This document shows, piece by piece, positions 25,462 through 35,930 of a stretch of DNA of 38,019 nt. The stretch spans positions 1 to 38,019 of the forward strand of contig JAYEOW010000031.1 of NCBI GenBank assembly GCA_034723395.1. Reading direction: 5' to 3'. Numbering within the stretch: the stretch's first letter is position 1; each line of letters begins with the position of its first letter. The notes beneath the pieces are model-generated. The model did not search any database, was not told the DNA's origin, and worked only from the letters and a program-made list of their open reading frames with translations. Both the position numbers and the translations under genes were made by a program. The DNA is from Candidatus Margulisiibacteriota bacterium (GTDB taxonomy: Bacteria; Margulisbacteria; WOR-1; O2-12-FULL-45-9).

Positions 25462-27816
25462 ATGATGAAAAAACTATTAGCAGTGTTATTACTCTTGTCT
25501 GTTTTGATCCTGCCGGTTCTGGCGGACAACCAGCCAAAAATTGCGCTCGTTCTCTCTGGAGGAATAGTTACTCGTGGACTTTCAGAAATTGGTGTAATTA
25601 AAGCGCTTGAAGAAGAAAATATCCCGGTTAGTTATGTTGCGGGAACGAGTATGGGGGCGGTCCTGGGAAGTCTATTGGCCCAAGGATATTCGGCTGATGA
25701 GATCGCAATGATCGCCAAATCGATCGACTGGACCGAGGCTTTTGCCCAGGGGCAAAATTACGACAATCTCCTTTTTGGCGATAAAGAAAAGTATGGCAAA
25801 TATTTACTAAGTTTAGATTTAGACGGCCTAAAACCGGTCATCCCCAGCAGTTTAGTCCCGCCGCAAAAACCTTCGGTCCTTTTTACCGAAATATCGCTAA
25901 AAGCGCTAAGTACCAGGGATTTTAATAAATTTAAAATCCCGTTCCGGGCAAACGCGACCGATATTGAAAAGGGTGAAGAGGTTGTTTTTTCGTCCGGCTA
26001 CCTCCCAAAAGTATTGCGTGCTTCTTCAGCGGTCCCGGTTATGATGGCTCCGGTAGAAATCGACGGTAAACTTCTAGTCGATGGCGGGGCAGTAAACAAC
26101 CTTCCGGTTAACCTGGTCCAGGAATTTGATCCGGATATTATTATTGCGGTCAATCTCGGCATGGGATTGCGGACTAAAGATGAGATCAACTCTTTTTTTG
26201 CCGTACTTTCCCAAAGCCTCGCCCTGCCGCAAAAGAATGCGGTCGAAAAGCATAGCGCAATGGCGGACGTGCTGATCAAACCGGATATTTCGAGCTACGG
26301 ATTTGCCGATTTTGAAAAAATCGACGAGATAATTGAAATCGGATATAAAACGGCTATGGTGAAGATGCCTGAGATCAAACGTCTGATCGCGCAAAAAGGG
26401 AAAAGCATTGCAAAGGGCAAAGGAGCGGACGAAAAAGAAGAAGTATTGGCTGATGTCCAGACATCCGGGAATACGATCTATTCAAAACAGAGCCTAATGG
26501 AGCTGATCTCTGCAGATGAAAACGGCAAGTTTAGCGCGGCAAAAGTTGAAGGAGACAGAAAAGCGATCTGGAAAAAATATTTTTCGGACGGGTATAAACT
26601 TGCGTCGGTAGATTATTACTATAATCCAAAGACAAAACAGCTGGTCTATAATATCAACGAAGGGAAGATCAGCCAGGTCCTGGTTTCCGGCCGGGAGCAT
26701 ATCAGTGAAGTATTTTTACGGTCCAAAATACATACTGAAGCCCTTTTTAACACAGAGAACGTAATGAATAATATCGACCGGCTCTACGCGACCGGCTTTT
26801 TCGAGAGTGTCGATTTTTCGGTCGTTCCCGAAGCTACCGGGTATACATTAGAATATATGTTGAAGGAGAAGAGGAAAAACTCTTTTTCGATCGGATTGAG
26901 GTATGACACTTATGAGAATCTTTCGCTGCTGACCGATTTAACCATCAAGTATTTTAGGGCACAAAATTTTACCCAGACCTTAAGCCTAAAGATCGGTAAC
27001 GAATTTGGGGCAAAGCTGACATCCGAGTTCTGGCCGCGCCGCTTTGGTAATAATCTGGTAGGGGAGGTGACTCTCTTTTACGAAAAGTATGCACAGGATG
27101 TTTATAACGGATCGAGCGTTGCCTCCTCTTTTTATTATCTGCCAAAAGGGATCAGGCTGGCGGCCAAGGCAAACGTTTATCCGATCGGCCAGCTTTCGTC
27201 AGGGCTCGAGTTAAAACATGTTTCGTACGAAAATATCTTCTCATTTTTCCCTGATGAGAGTATAGCAAAATGGTTTGTTCGGAGCGAGATCGATCGTTTG
27301 GATAATCCAATCTCTCCGAGGAGCGGATTTAAGGCGGTCGGCGAATATCATCAGGCGGCAATGATCTTTGGCGGAAATTACGATTTTTCAAAAGCGATCG
27401 CCGCTCTTTCGGTCTATTATCCATTTTTAAATGAGCATGTAATGTTTTCAAAAAGCCACTTACAGCTGGGGAAGGGGGTCTTTCCGATCTCCGAACGCTA
27501 TCGGGTAGGAGGGTACAAAAATCTTTTCGGCTTCGGCAGGACCCAGTATTTGGGTAAAGATGTCCTTACCCAGCGTTTTGGCTACCGATTGCCAATTTAT
27601 GATCCGGGATCGGGATTTCTGGATGGGATCTATTTTTCGATCATTCAGGACTATGCGATCGTGGCGACCGGTATTTCCGAGTTTAATACCAGTAACCTGC
27701 TTTCCGGCTTCGGTCTTGAGCTGCAGGCCAATACGGTCATGGGGCTTTCTTCCCGCCTGAGCTTGGGAATGGGGCAGCGTGCATATCTCTACTTTTCAAT
27801 TGGCAACGAATTCTAG
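25462..27816 (+). CDS. Patatin-like phospholipase fused to POTRA and an Omp85-type barrel (PlpD / type Vd-like)
   Basis: Signal peptide, GTSMG, DGG, POTRA-like LYATGFFESV, and C-terminal YFSIGNEF. Confidence 0.87.
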   Translation: MMKKLLAVLLLLSVLILPVLADNQPKIALVLSGGIVTRGLSEIGVIKALEEENIPVSYVAGTSMGAVLGSLLAQGYSADEIAMIAKSIDWTEAFAQGQNYDNLLFGDKEKYGKYLLSLDLDGLKPVIPSSLVPPQKPSVLFTEISLKALSTRDFNKFKIPFRANATDIEKGEEVVFSSGYLPKVLRASSAVPVMMAPVEIDGKLLVDGGAVNNLPVNLVQEFDPDIIIAVNLGMGLRTKDEINSFFAVLSQSLALPQKNAVEKHSAMADVLIKPDISSYGFADFEKIDEIIEIGYKTAMVKMPEIKRLIAQKGKSIAKGKGADEKEEVLADVQTSGNTIYSKQSLMELISADENGKFSAAKVEGDRKAIWKKYFSDGYKLASVDYYYNPKTKQLVYNINEGKISQVLVSGREHISEVFLRSKIHTEALFNTENVMNNIDRLYATGFFESVDFSVVPEATGYTLEYMLKEKRKNSFSIGLRYDTYENLSLLTDLTIKYFRAQNFTQTLSLKIGNEFGAKLTSEFWPRRFGNNLVGEVTLFYEKYAQDVYNGSSVASSFYYLPKGIRLAAKANVYPIGQLSSGLELKHVSYENIFSFFPDESIAKWFVRSEIDRLDNPISPRSGFKAVGEYHQAAMIFGGNYDFSKAIAALSVYYPFLNEHVMFSKSHLQLGKGVFPISERYRVGGYKNLFGFGRTQYLGKDVLTQRFGYRLPIYDPGSGFLDGIYFSIIQDYAIVATGISEFNTSNLLSGFGLELQANTVMGLSSRLSLGMGQRAYLYFSIGNEF

Positions 27817-27823
27817 GTTTTTT

Positions 27824-27851
27824 TGAAATTATACTTCTTTTTTTACGATAA
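27824..27851 (+). promoter_or_regulatory. sigma28-like promoter #7
   Basis: TGAAATTA-N12-TACGATAA. Confidence 0.65.
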
Positions 27852-27870
27852 TTATTGCAGGGATCAATTT

Positions 27871-29520
<1,650 letters not shown>

Positions 29521-29521
29521 C

Positions 29522-29549
29522 GCAAGTTTCCCCCCTTTTGATCCGATAA
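29522..29549 (+). promoter_or_regulatory. sigma28-like promoter #8
   Basis: GCAAGTTT-N12-TCCGATAA, squeezed into the 34-nt gap after serS. Confidence 0.75.
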
Positions 29550-29554
29550 TACAA

Positions 29555-29809
29555 GTGATGCAAGTTGGAAAATTTAATATCCATTTGTCTCCCAATAAAT
29601 CTTTATCGCATGCCGGAAAAACTGAGAAACCGGGTGAGACAAATTACATGGATAATCTAAAAGATGTGTTTGCCAAAGCGACGGATAACCTAGAAGAGTC
29701 CAAGAAAGTCCCCGGCGCTTTTGTAGCAAATACCTTCCAGGTTAATTCCGCGCAATTTTTAAATATACAAGATATATCTTCACGATTTAACGGCTCCGCC
29801 CCGGTGTGA
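29555..29809 (+). CDS. Small hypothetical protein (start GTG 29555 or ATG 29558)
   Basis: 84-aa ORF immediately after promoter #8. Confidence 0.7.
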   Translation: MMQVGKFNIHLSPNKSLSHAGKTEKPGETNYMDNLKDVFAKATDNLEESKKVPGAFVANTFQVNSAQFLNIQDISSRFNGSAPV

Positions 29810-29821
29810 TATAATAAATAA

Positions 29822-30097
29822 ATGCCACGCTACGATTACAAATGTTCTAAATGCGGACATATCTTTGAGGTCCAGCAGAGAATTACTGAAGAACCGTTAA
29901 AATATTGTCCGGAGTGCCGTGGAAAAGTTAAGCGACTGATCTCTGCCGCAGGAATTATATTCAAAGGATCGGGATTTCACATTACCGATTATTCAAAGAA
30001 AAGCACAGTTGGAACTAAACCTGAGAAGAAAGAAAAGCCTAAAAAAGAGAAAAAAACCAAACCAAAGGAATCAAAGTCTAAGAAAGTTAGCGAGTAG
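29822..30097 (+). CDS. FmdB family zinc-ribbon protein with a Lys-rich tail
   Basis: [12 protein letters not shown]...CPECRG...[11 protein letters not shown]. Confidence 0.92.
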   Translation: MPRYDYKCSKCGHIFEVQQRITEEPLKYCPECRGKVKRLISAAGIIFKGSGFHITDYSKKSTVGTKPEKKEKPKKEKKTKPKESKSKKVSE

Positions 30098-30634
30098 TTT
30101 TTTCCCCGCCTCGGTTAAGATCGATTCCGGATGGAACTGGACCCCTTCGAGTTTAAATTCCTTATGCCTGATCCCCATGATCTCGTTTTCATCGGTCCAG
30201 GCGCTTATTTCAAAGCATGCCGGAAGCGATTTTCTTTCGAGGATCAGCGAATGGTAGCGGGTAGCGGTAAAGGGATCTGGCAAACCTTTGAAGATTGTTT
30301 TCCCGTCGTGTTGGATTTCCGATGTCTTTCCATGCATTAATCTGTCGGCCCGAACAACTTTCCCCCCAAATACTTCTCCAATCGTTTGCTCGCCCAAACA
30401 GACTCCCAGGATCGGAAGTTTGCCGGCAAATTTTTTTATAACTTCTTTGGATATCCCGGCATCTTTAGGGGTTCCTGGGCCGGGGGAGATAACAATTCTT
30501 GACGGATTTAACTTTTCGATTTCTTTTATTTTAATCTTATCGTTGCGAAAAACCTGTAATTCTTCGCCTAATTCTCCCAGATATTGGACAAGATTGTAGG
30601 TGAACGAATCGTAGTTATCAATCATTAAAATCAT
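30071..30634 (-). CDS. Anthranilate/aminodeoxychorismate synthase component II (glutamine amidotransferase, TrpG/PabA)
   Basis: [32 protein letters not shown]. Confidence 0.94.
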   Translation of the reverse strand: MILMIDNYDSFTYNLVQYLGELGEELQVFRNDKIKIKEIEKLNPSRIVISPGPGTPKDAGISKEVIKKFAGKLPILGVCLGEQTIGEVFGGKVVRADRLMHGKTSEIQHDGKTIFKGLPDPFTATRYHSLILERKSLPACFEISAWTDENEIMGIRHKEFKLEGVQFHPESILTEAGKKLLANFLRL

Positions 30635-30652
30635 GTTATAATTATAACACAG

Positions 30653-30701
30653 ATGACCCCTCGACGTTGCTCGGGGTCATATTGAGGGAAATCGAAATAT
30701 G
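30653..30701. repeat. REP-like double hairpin
   Basis: ATGACCCC-tcgacgttgctc-GGGGTCAT, overlapping CATATT-gagggaaatcga-AATATG. Confidence 0.55.
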
Positions 30702-31766
30702 AAATCACGGCTCATCACTTATCCAGACCGCGATAATTGGAATAGTTTTGTCGCTAAATCAAAAGAATCCCCGGTACTGCAGTCGTTCGAATGGGGCGAA
30801 TTAAAGTCAAAATTCGGCTGGCAGCCGATAAGGATCGCCATTGAGGACGAAGATAAAATTATTGCAGGGATCTCTATTTTAAAGCGGGATGTCCCTTATA
30901 TTAAGCACTCGATTTTTTACGCCCCGCGCGGTCCGATCGTCGATTTTAAAAATCGGGAGCAGCTTGATTTCCTGCTCAGCACCGTTGAAAAAGAGGCCGA
31001 AAAACATAAGGCAATTTCCTTGAAAATCGATCCGGATATGTCAGAAAATAAGGCCGATCTGTTGGGAATGATGAGAAGGATCGGTTTTGTTAAAGCGATG
31101 AAGCAGATCCAACCGCGGGCAACCATTCTACTCGATCTCCGAAAAGAATTGGACGATATTATGATGAGTTTTGAAGAAAAGACCCGCTATAATATTCGCC
31201 TTTCGGCCAGGAAAGGGGTAGAGATTGTTGAGGATTCGAGCACAAAAGGGATCGAGATCTTTTGCCAGCTTTACCGCCAGACTGCGATTAGAGATAAGTT
31301 CCTGATCCATCCGGAAAAATATTATCAATTGATCAGGGAGATTTTATTCGCGAAAGGGTTGGGGACGAATTTTATTGCTTATTTTGATAACAAGCCGATC
31401 GCGGCGGTAATTGTTTTTTGTTTTGGCAAAAAAGTCTGGTATATGTACGGGGCTTCTTCTTCGGAACACCGCAACGTGATGCCAAACCATCTCCTGCACT
31501 GGCATATTATCCAGTGGGCGAAAGAGAGAAAGTATAAGACTTATGATTTGTGGGGGATACCGGCCAATCCACGGGAAGGGCAGCCGCTTTGGGGTGTTTA
31601 CCGTTTTAAAAAAGGGTTTTCTAGAAATATTGTTAAGAATATTGGAGCTTATGATTTTCCTTACAGCCCGCTGTTCTATAATTTATTGGAGCATGGTGTT
31701 AAGTGGTGGCAGAATTTAAGAAGTTTGGCCACAAAGGGGAAGATTGAAGACTCTTTGGGAGAATGA
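30699..31766 (+). CDS. FemAB/FemX family peptidoglycan bridge aminoacyltransferase
   Basis: LQSFEWGELK, YAPRGP, KTRYNIRLS.RKGV, YMYGAS, YDLWG, GVYRFKKGF. Confidence 0.92.
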   Translation: MKSRLITYPDRDNWNSFVAKSKESPVLQSFEWGELKSKFGWQPIRIAIEDEDKIIAGISILKRDVPYIKHSIFYAPRGPIVDFKNREQLDFLLSTVEKEAEKHKAISLKIDPDMSENKADLLGMMRRIGFVKAMKQIQPRATILLDLRKELDDIMMSFEEKTRYNIRLSARKGVEIVEDSSTKGIEIFCQLYRQTAIRDKFLIHPEKYYQLIREILFAKGLGTNFIAYFDNKPIAAVIVFCFGKKVWYMYGASSSEHRNVMPNHLLHWHIIQWAKERKYKTYDLWGIPANPREGQPLWGVYRFKKGFSRNIVKNIGAYDFPYSPLFYNLLEHGVKWWQNLRSLATKGKIEDSLGE

Positions 31767-31771
31767 TGTTT

Positions 31772-31865
31772 CCTCACCCCTTTCTTGCGCCTTTGGCGCA
31801 ATTCATTCCCCTCTCCATCAAAGATGGAGAGGGGTGGCACGAACGGAGTGAGTGACGGGGTGAGG
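31772..31865. repeat. BoxC/REP-like nested palindrome
   Basis: CCTCACCCC (31772-31780) / GGGGTGAGG (31857-31865). Inner hairpins TTGCGCC-ttt-GGCGCAA and CCCCTCTCCATC-aaa-GATGGAGAGGGG. Confidence 0.8.
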
Positions 31866-31873
31866 TTTTAGAT

Positions 31874-33256
31874 ATGAAGTATACAAACATAACCTATGAC
31901 TCTCGAAAGGTTCAGGCTGATGGAATCTTCGTGGCCATTTCTGGTGAAAAATATGATGGAATAGACTTTGTTCCTCAGGCGATAAAGAACGGAGCTAAGC
32001 TGATTGTTGCGGAAAAAGAGATTAAGGTCCCGTCCGGAGTAGGATTTAAAAAAGTTTCATCGGCGCGGAAAGCTTTGGCCGAACTATCCTGCGAATTCTA
32101 TAATAATCCGTCCAAGAAATTAAAACTTGTTGGGATTACTGGAACGAATGGGAAAACCACGACCTGTTATCTAATCCAGTCTATTTTAGAGAAGGCGGGC
32201 TATAAGGTCGGCCTGATCGGGACGATCAATTCTTTGCTTACCACGCCGGAATCATCTGATCTTCAAAGAGAGTTGGCGGAGATGGTGGGAAAAGGCTATA
32301 CGCATTGTGTTATGGAGGTTTCTTCCCACGGATTGGCTCAAGGTCGAGTTTATGGCATACATTTTTCGGTAGCGATCTTTACCAACTTAACTCATGATCA
32401 TCTCGATTTTCATAAAGATATGGATAGTTATCGTGACGCAAAACTTCGTTTGTTTAACGGACTTTCAAATGATGCGGTAGCGATCATTAATGTTGACGAT
32501 CCGAGTAGTAAATACTTCATGGAGGTCGTTCCCGGAGAGGTTATTACTTATGGTGTTGGTCAGGCCAAGCATGAGCTTCGTGATACTAAACATAATGAGT
32601 TCGATACTAAGGTTTCCGACGTTCGTATCCGCGAAGATGAAATGACCTTAATGGTCAATTCGTTTAAGATCCGCACTCCTTTGATCGGAATGCCGAACGT
32701 TTATAATATTATCGCGGCTTATCAAACTGCTTTAGTCTTTAATGTTCCGCAGCCGATGATCAAAAAGGGGATCGAAGCGTTGAAGTCTGTACCCGGCAGG
32801 GTGGAGCAGGTCGATTGCGGCCAGCCGTTTAAGGTTGTGGTCGATTTTGCACATTCGCCAGATGCGTTGCAGAAGCTAATCGAAACCTTCCGTCCGTTAA
32901 CCGAAGGGAAAATTATTCTGGTCTTTGGCTGCCCAGGCGATCGCGATAAGGATAAGCGGCCGGTGATGGGAAAGATCGCGGCGGAATTAGCAGATGTTGT
33001 GATCGTTACAACTGATGACCCCCATTCGGAAAATCCTAAACAGATTATTCAGGAGATAACTGGCAAACTGGCAACTGGCAAACGGGTAACGGGAGTTGTT
33101 GATCGTAAAACGGCTATTGAAAAAGCTCTTGAGATGGCTAAAAAGGGAGACGCGGTATTGATCGCTGGCAGAGGACATGAGAAGTTTCAGGATTTTGCAG
33201 GGAAGAAAGTTGCGCTGGATGATGTGGAAGTGGTGCGGAAGTTTTTAGCCTCGTAG
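31874..33256 (+). CDS. murE: UDP-MurNAc-tripeptide synthetase
   Basis: GITGTNGKTTT, MEVSSH, TNLTHDHLDFH, VDFAHSPD, AGRGHE; the specificity motif reads DDPH. Confidence 0.94.
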   Translation: MKYTNITYDSRKVQADGIFVAISGEKYDGIDFVPQAIKNGAKLIVAEKEIKVPSGVGFKKVSSARKALAELSCEFYNNPSKKLKLVGITGTNGKTTTCYLIQSILEKAGYKVGLIGTINSLLTTPESSDLQRELAEMVGKGYTHCVMEVSSHGLAQGRVYGIHFSVAIFTNLTHDHLDFHKDMDSYRDAKLRLFNGLSNDAVAIINVDDPSSKYFMEVVPGEVITYGVGQAKHELRDTKHNEFDTKVSDVRIREDEMTLMVNSFKIRTPLIGMPNVYNIIAAYQTALVFNVPQPMIKKGIEALKSVPGRVEQVDCGQPFKVVVDFAHSPDALQKLIETFRPLTEGKIILVFGCPGDRDKDKRPVMGKIAAELADVVIVTTDDPHSENPKQIIQEITGKLATGKRVTGVVDRKTAIEKALEMAKKGDAVLIAGRGHEKFQDFAGKKVALDDVEVVRKFLAS

Positions 33257-33348
33257 CTGTTGGGATTACGAGACCTCTTTCTTGACTTACAACACGCTCA
33301 CTCCGTTCGTTACAACTAAGTATCATAATAGAGTTAAGAGGGAAAAAG

Positions 33349-33846
33349 GTGATTCTGGATAGTGACTTAGCAATGTTATATCAGGCGCCTACAAAGGTTT
33401 TGAACCAAGCGGTCAAAAGAAACAAAAGTAGGTTCCCTCTTGATTTCATGTTTAAATTGACTCGGGAGGAGTGGGAATTTTTAAGGTCACAAATTGTGAC
33501 CTTTGGGAGAAAGCCTCTTCCAAGGAAATATCTTCCTTATGTTTTTACTCGCAATGGTGCAAATATGGTTTGTACAGTCCTGAAATCATCAATTGCCGTC
33601 CAACGTTCCATCCAAATTATGAGGGCCTTTTCGACACTAGAAGAGATCATGGGTAAAAAGAAAAAAATTCTAACTAAGAGCCCTGATGTTATTAAAAAAT
33701 TATCTACTCATTCTAAGGCTATAATGTGCCTGTTTCAAGAGTCCAAAATGAACCGTAAGGGGATTGCAAAAGTAAAGAAAATTCAAGGAGAGATGATCAA
33801 TCTTTTACAACAAATAGTGGCGGTGTCGATGGGGAAGAAGGAATAA
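33349..33846 (+). CDS. ORF6N-domain DNA-binding protein, possibly 5'-truncated
   Basis: VILDSDLAMLY...LNQAVKRN..RFP.DFMF.LT..E, LPYVFT, IQIMRAF. Confidence 0.85.
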   Translation: MILDSDLAMLYQAPTKVLNQAVKRNKSRFPLDFMFKLTREEWEFLRSQIVTFGRKPLPRKYLPYVFTRNGANMVCTVLKSSIAVQRSIQIMRAFSTLEEIMGKKKKILTKSPDVIKKLSTHSKAIMCLFQESKMNRKGIAKVKKIQGEMINLLQQIVAVSMGKKE

Positions 33847-33889
33847 TTCTTAGCGCCCAATTCTGAAATAAGTTATAATAGTCTTCACC

Positions 33890-34840
33890 ATGAAGACCAT
33901 CGAATGGAAAAATAATAAAGTCAAAATAATCGACCAGACCAAGCTTCCGCATAAGCTTTCATTTGTTTATTTGCGGACGCTTGATCAAGTCGTTGCGGCG
34001 ATCAAGACCATGAAAATCCGCGGGGCGCCGGCGATTGGGGTAGCAGCCGCTTTCGGAATGGTTTTTGGGGAGAAGAACCTAAAAGTTGCCGCGCGAAAAC
34101 TATTAGCTTCCCGTCCTACCGCAGTAAATCTCAAATGGGCGGTCGAAAGAATGCTCAAGGCGAAAGATCTGTTGAAAGAGGCGAAGGAGATCGCGGCGGA
34201 GGATGTTGTAACCAATAAAAAGATAGGAGAGAATGGTCTGAAGGTTGTCCGCAAGGGGATGCGGATCTTAACGGTTTGCAATGCGGGGGCGTTGGCAACC
34301 GTTGCTTACGGAACTGCGCTTGGGGTTATCCGTTCCGCCCATGAAGCAAAGCGGAGGATCCACGTCTATGCTGCGGAGACAAGGCCGAGGCTGCAAGGGG
34401 CAAAGCTTACGGCGTGGGAGCTTAAACGCGAAAGAATTCCTTTTACTTTGATTACCGATAATATGGTCGGTTACCTCATGCAAAAAAGGGAGATCGATCT
34501 GGTTATTACCGGGGCAGACCGGATCGCGCGCAATGGGGACAGCGCGAATAAGATCGGGACTTACGGCGTTGCGGTTTTAGCAAAAGAACATGGCATTCCA
34601 TTTTATATCGCCGCGCCGACCTCGACGATCGATCTTAAAATTCGGTCGGGCAGGCAGGTCGTGATCGAGGAGCGGGATCCCAAAGAGGTTTTAGAAATAG
34701 GGAGCGAATCGATCGCGCCAAAAGGGGCCGGAGTTTTAAATCCTGCGTTTGATGTTACGCCAGCCAGATATATTAAAGGGATTATTTCAGAGAAGGGAAT
34801 ACTTCGGCCAGGCCGGGGTGGATTATCTTCCCAGCTTTGA
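33890..34840 (+). CDS. mtnA: S-methyl-5-thioribose-1-phosphate isomerase
   Basis: IRGAPAIG, SRPTAVNL, ETRPRLQGAKLT, GADRI, NKIGTY, NPAFDVTP. Confidence 0.95.
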   Translation: MKTIEWKNNKVKIIDQTKLPHKLSFVYLRTLDQVVAAIKTMKIRGAPAIGVAAAFGMVFGEKNLKVAARKLLASRPTAVNLKWAVERMLKAKDLLKEAKEIAAEDVVTNKKIGENGLKVVRKGMRILTVCNAGALATVAYGTALGVIRSAHEAKRRIHVYAAETRPRLQGAKLTAWELKRERIPFTLITDNMVGYLMQKREIDLVITGADRIARNGDSANKIGTYGVAVLAKEHGIPFYIAAPTSTIDLKIRSGRQVVIEERDPKEVLEIGSESIAPKGAGVLNPAFDVTPARYIKGIISEKGILRPGRGGLSSQL

Positions 34841-35930
34841 TATTTATTCCGCTTTTGATCACCGGATCGTCCTCAGCCGCTTTTTCCAGGCCCTTATTAA
34901 TTATTTCGGTAACGTAGGGGAGGATAACTAATCCTAAAGCTTCGGAAGTTGTTCGCGCGCCCATGGAGGGGAGGTTGGGCGGCGCAAAAAAGAAGGCTTT
35001 GGTCCGCGGAATTACCGGTAGGTCGAACGGTTCGTGAATACTGGTCTCAAGCACCCCTTCAATCCCGCCCCCCTGGTCGATATCTACAGGATAGATGCAT
35101 CCTCCGTCCATCATTGTTTTTAGAAGGTCAAGCGTTACTATTTTTTCCGGTTTTTTACCGGAAGTATACATTGCGGATACGATGAAGAACGAGTCTTTAA
35201 TGGAATTTCTTAAGTTTTCAGGTGATATTCCGATAACTTTAACTTTGGGAAATCTAATTTCATGTTCTCTGAAATATTTTTCCAGTTTTTTAAGACGCTC
35301 CGGATATTTCTCCAGGAGGAGGACTTCGCAGCCCCGCTCCGAAAACTCTTCCGCTGCGGTTTTCCCTACGGTCCCTCCTCCCAGAATTACTGTTTTAACG
35401 CCATGCATCCCGGTTTCCGGAAGGCCGCTGGTAATTATCTTTTTTTTGATCAACGCGTATTCATCGGCATGGCGGGCGATGACCTTGGCCGCCGCTTCGC
35501 TCATTGGCGCCAAGCAGGGGAAAAATGGGTGGCCGTTAATTTTTGATTCCATCGTTTCGAGGGCGATAAAAGTGGCTTTTGTTTTTAACGCCAGCCCGGT
35601 CCTCTTTTTGCTCTGGGCGAAATGCTGGTAAGAGATCCAGATATTGTCTTGGAGGAATTTGAAATCATCCGGCCCGGTCTCTTTTACCCCGAGGACCAAA
35701 TCTTTGGAAAGCGCTTCGCGGTGGGAGACGACCCTGGCGCCGGCCGCTTTATAATCTTCGTTGGAAAAATCGATCTTTTTTCCGGCATCCCGCTCCACAA
35801 AAACATCGATGTCCCTGCATTTGATTTTGAGCTCGCTAACCAGGGAGGGGACCAAAACTACACGGTTTTCGACCTCTCTTTTTTTTGTGTCGGTTTTTAA
35901 TTCCCGCAGGATAGAAACGGATTCAACCAT
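34782..35930 (-). CDS. Alanine dehydrogenase-like protein (AlaDh/PNT family), divergent
   Basis: ENRVVLVP, LGVKE, LAPMSE, ILGGGTVG, DIDQGG, PNLP. Confidence 0.8.
   Translation of the reverse strand: MVESVSILRELKTDTKKREVENRVVLVPSLVSELKIKCRDIDVFVERDAGKKIDFSNEDYKAAGARVVSHREALSKDLVLGVKETGPDDFKFLQDNIWISYQHFAQSKKRTGLALKTKATFIALETMESKINGHPFFPCLAPMSEAAAKVIARHADEYALIKKKIITSGLPETGMHGVKTVILGGGTVGKTAAEEFSERGCEVLLLEKYPERLKKLEKYFREHEIRFPKVKVIGISPENLRNSIKDSFFIVSAMYTSGKKPEKIVTLDLLKTMMDGGCIYPVDIDQGGGIEGVLETSIHEPFDLPVIPRTKAFFFAPPNLPSMGARTTSEALGLVILPYVTEIINKGLEKAAEDDPVIKSGINIKAGKIIHPGLAEVFPSLK

Noticed and set aside
30020..30097. A-rich repeat at the end of the FmdB gene
   Set aside because: It encodes a Lys/Glu/Pro low-complexity tail, which is common in this family.
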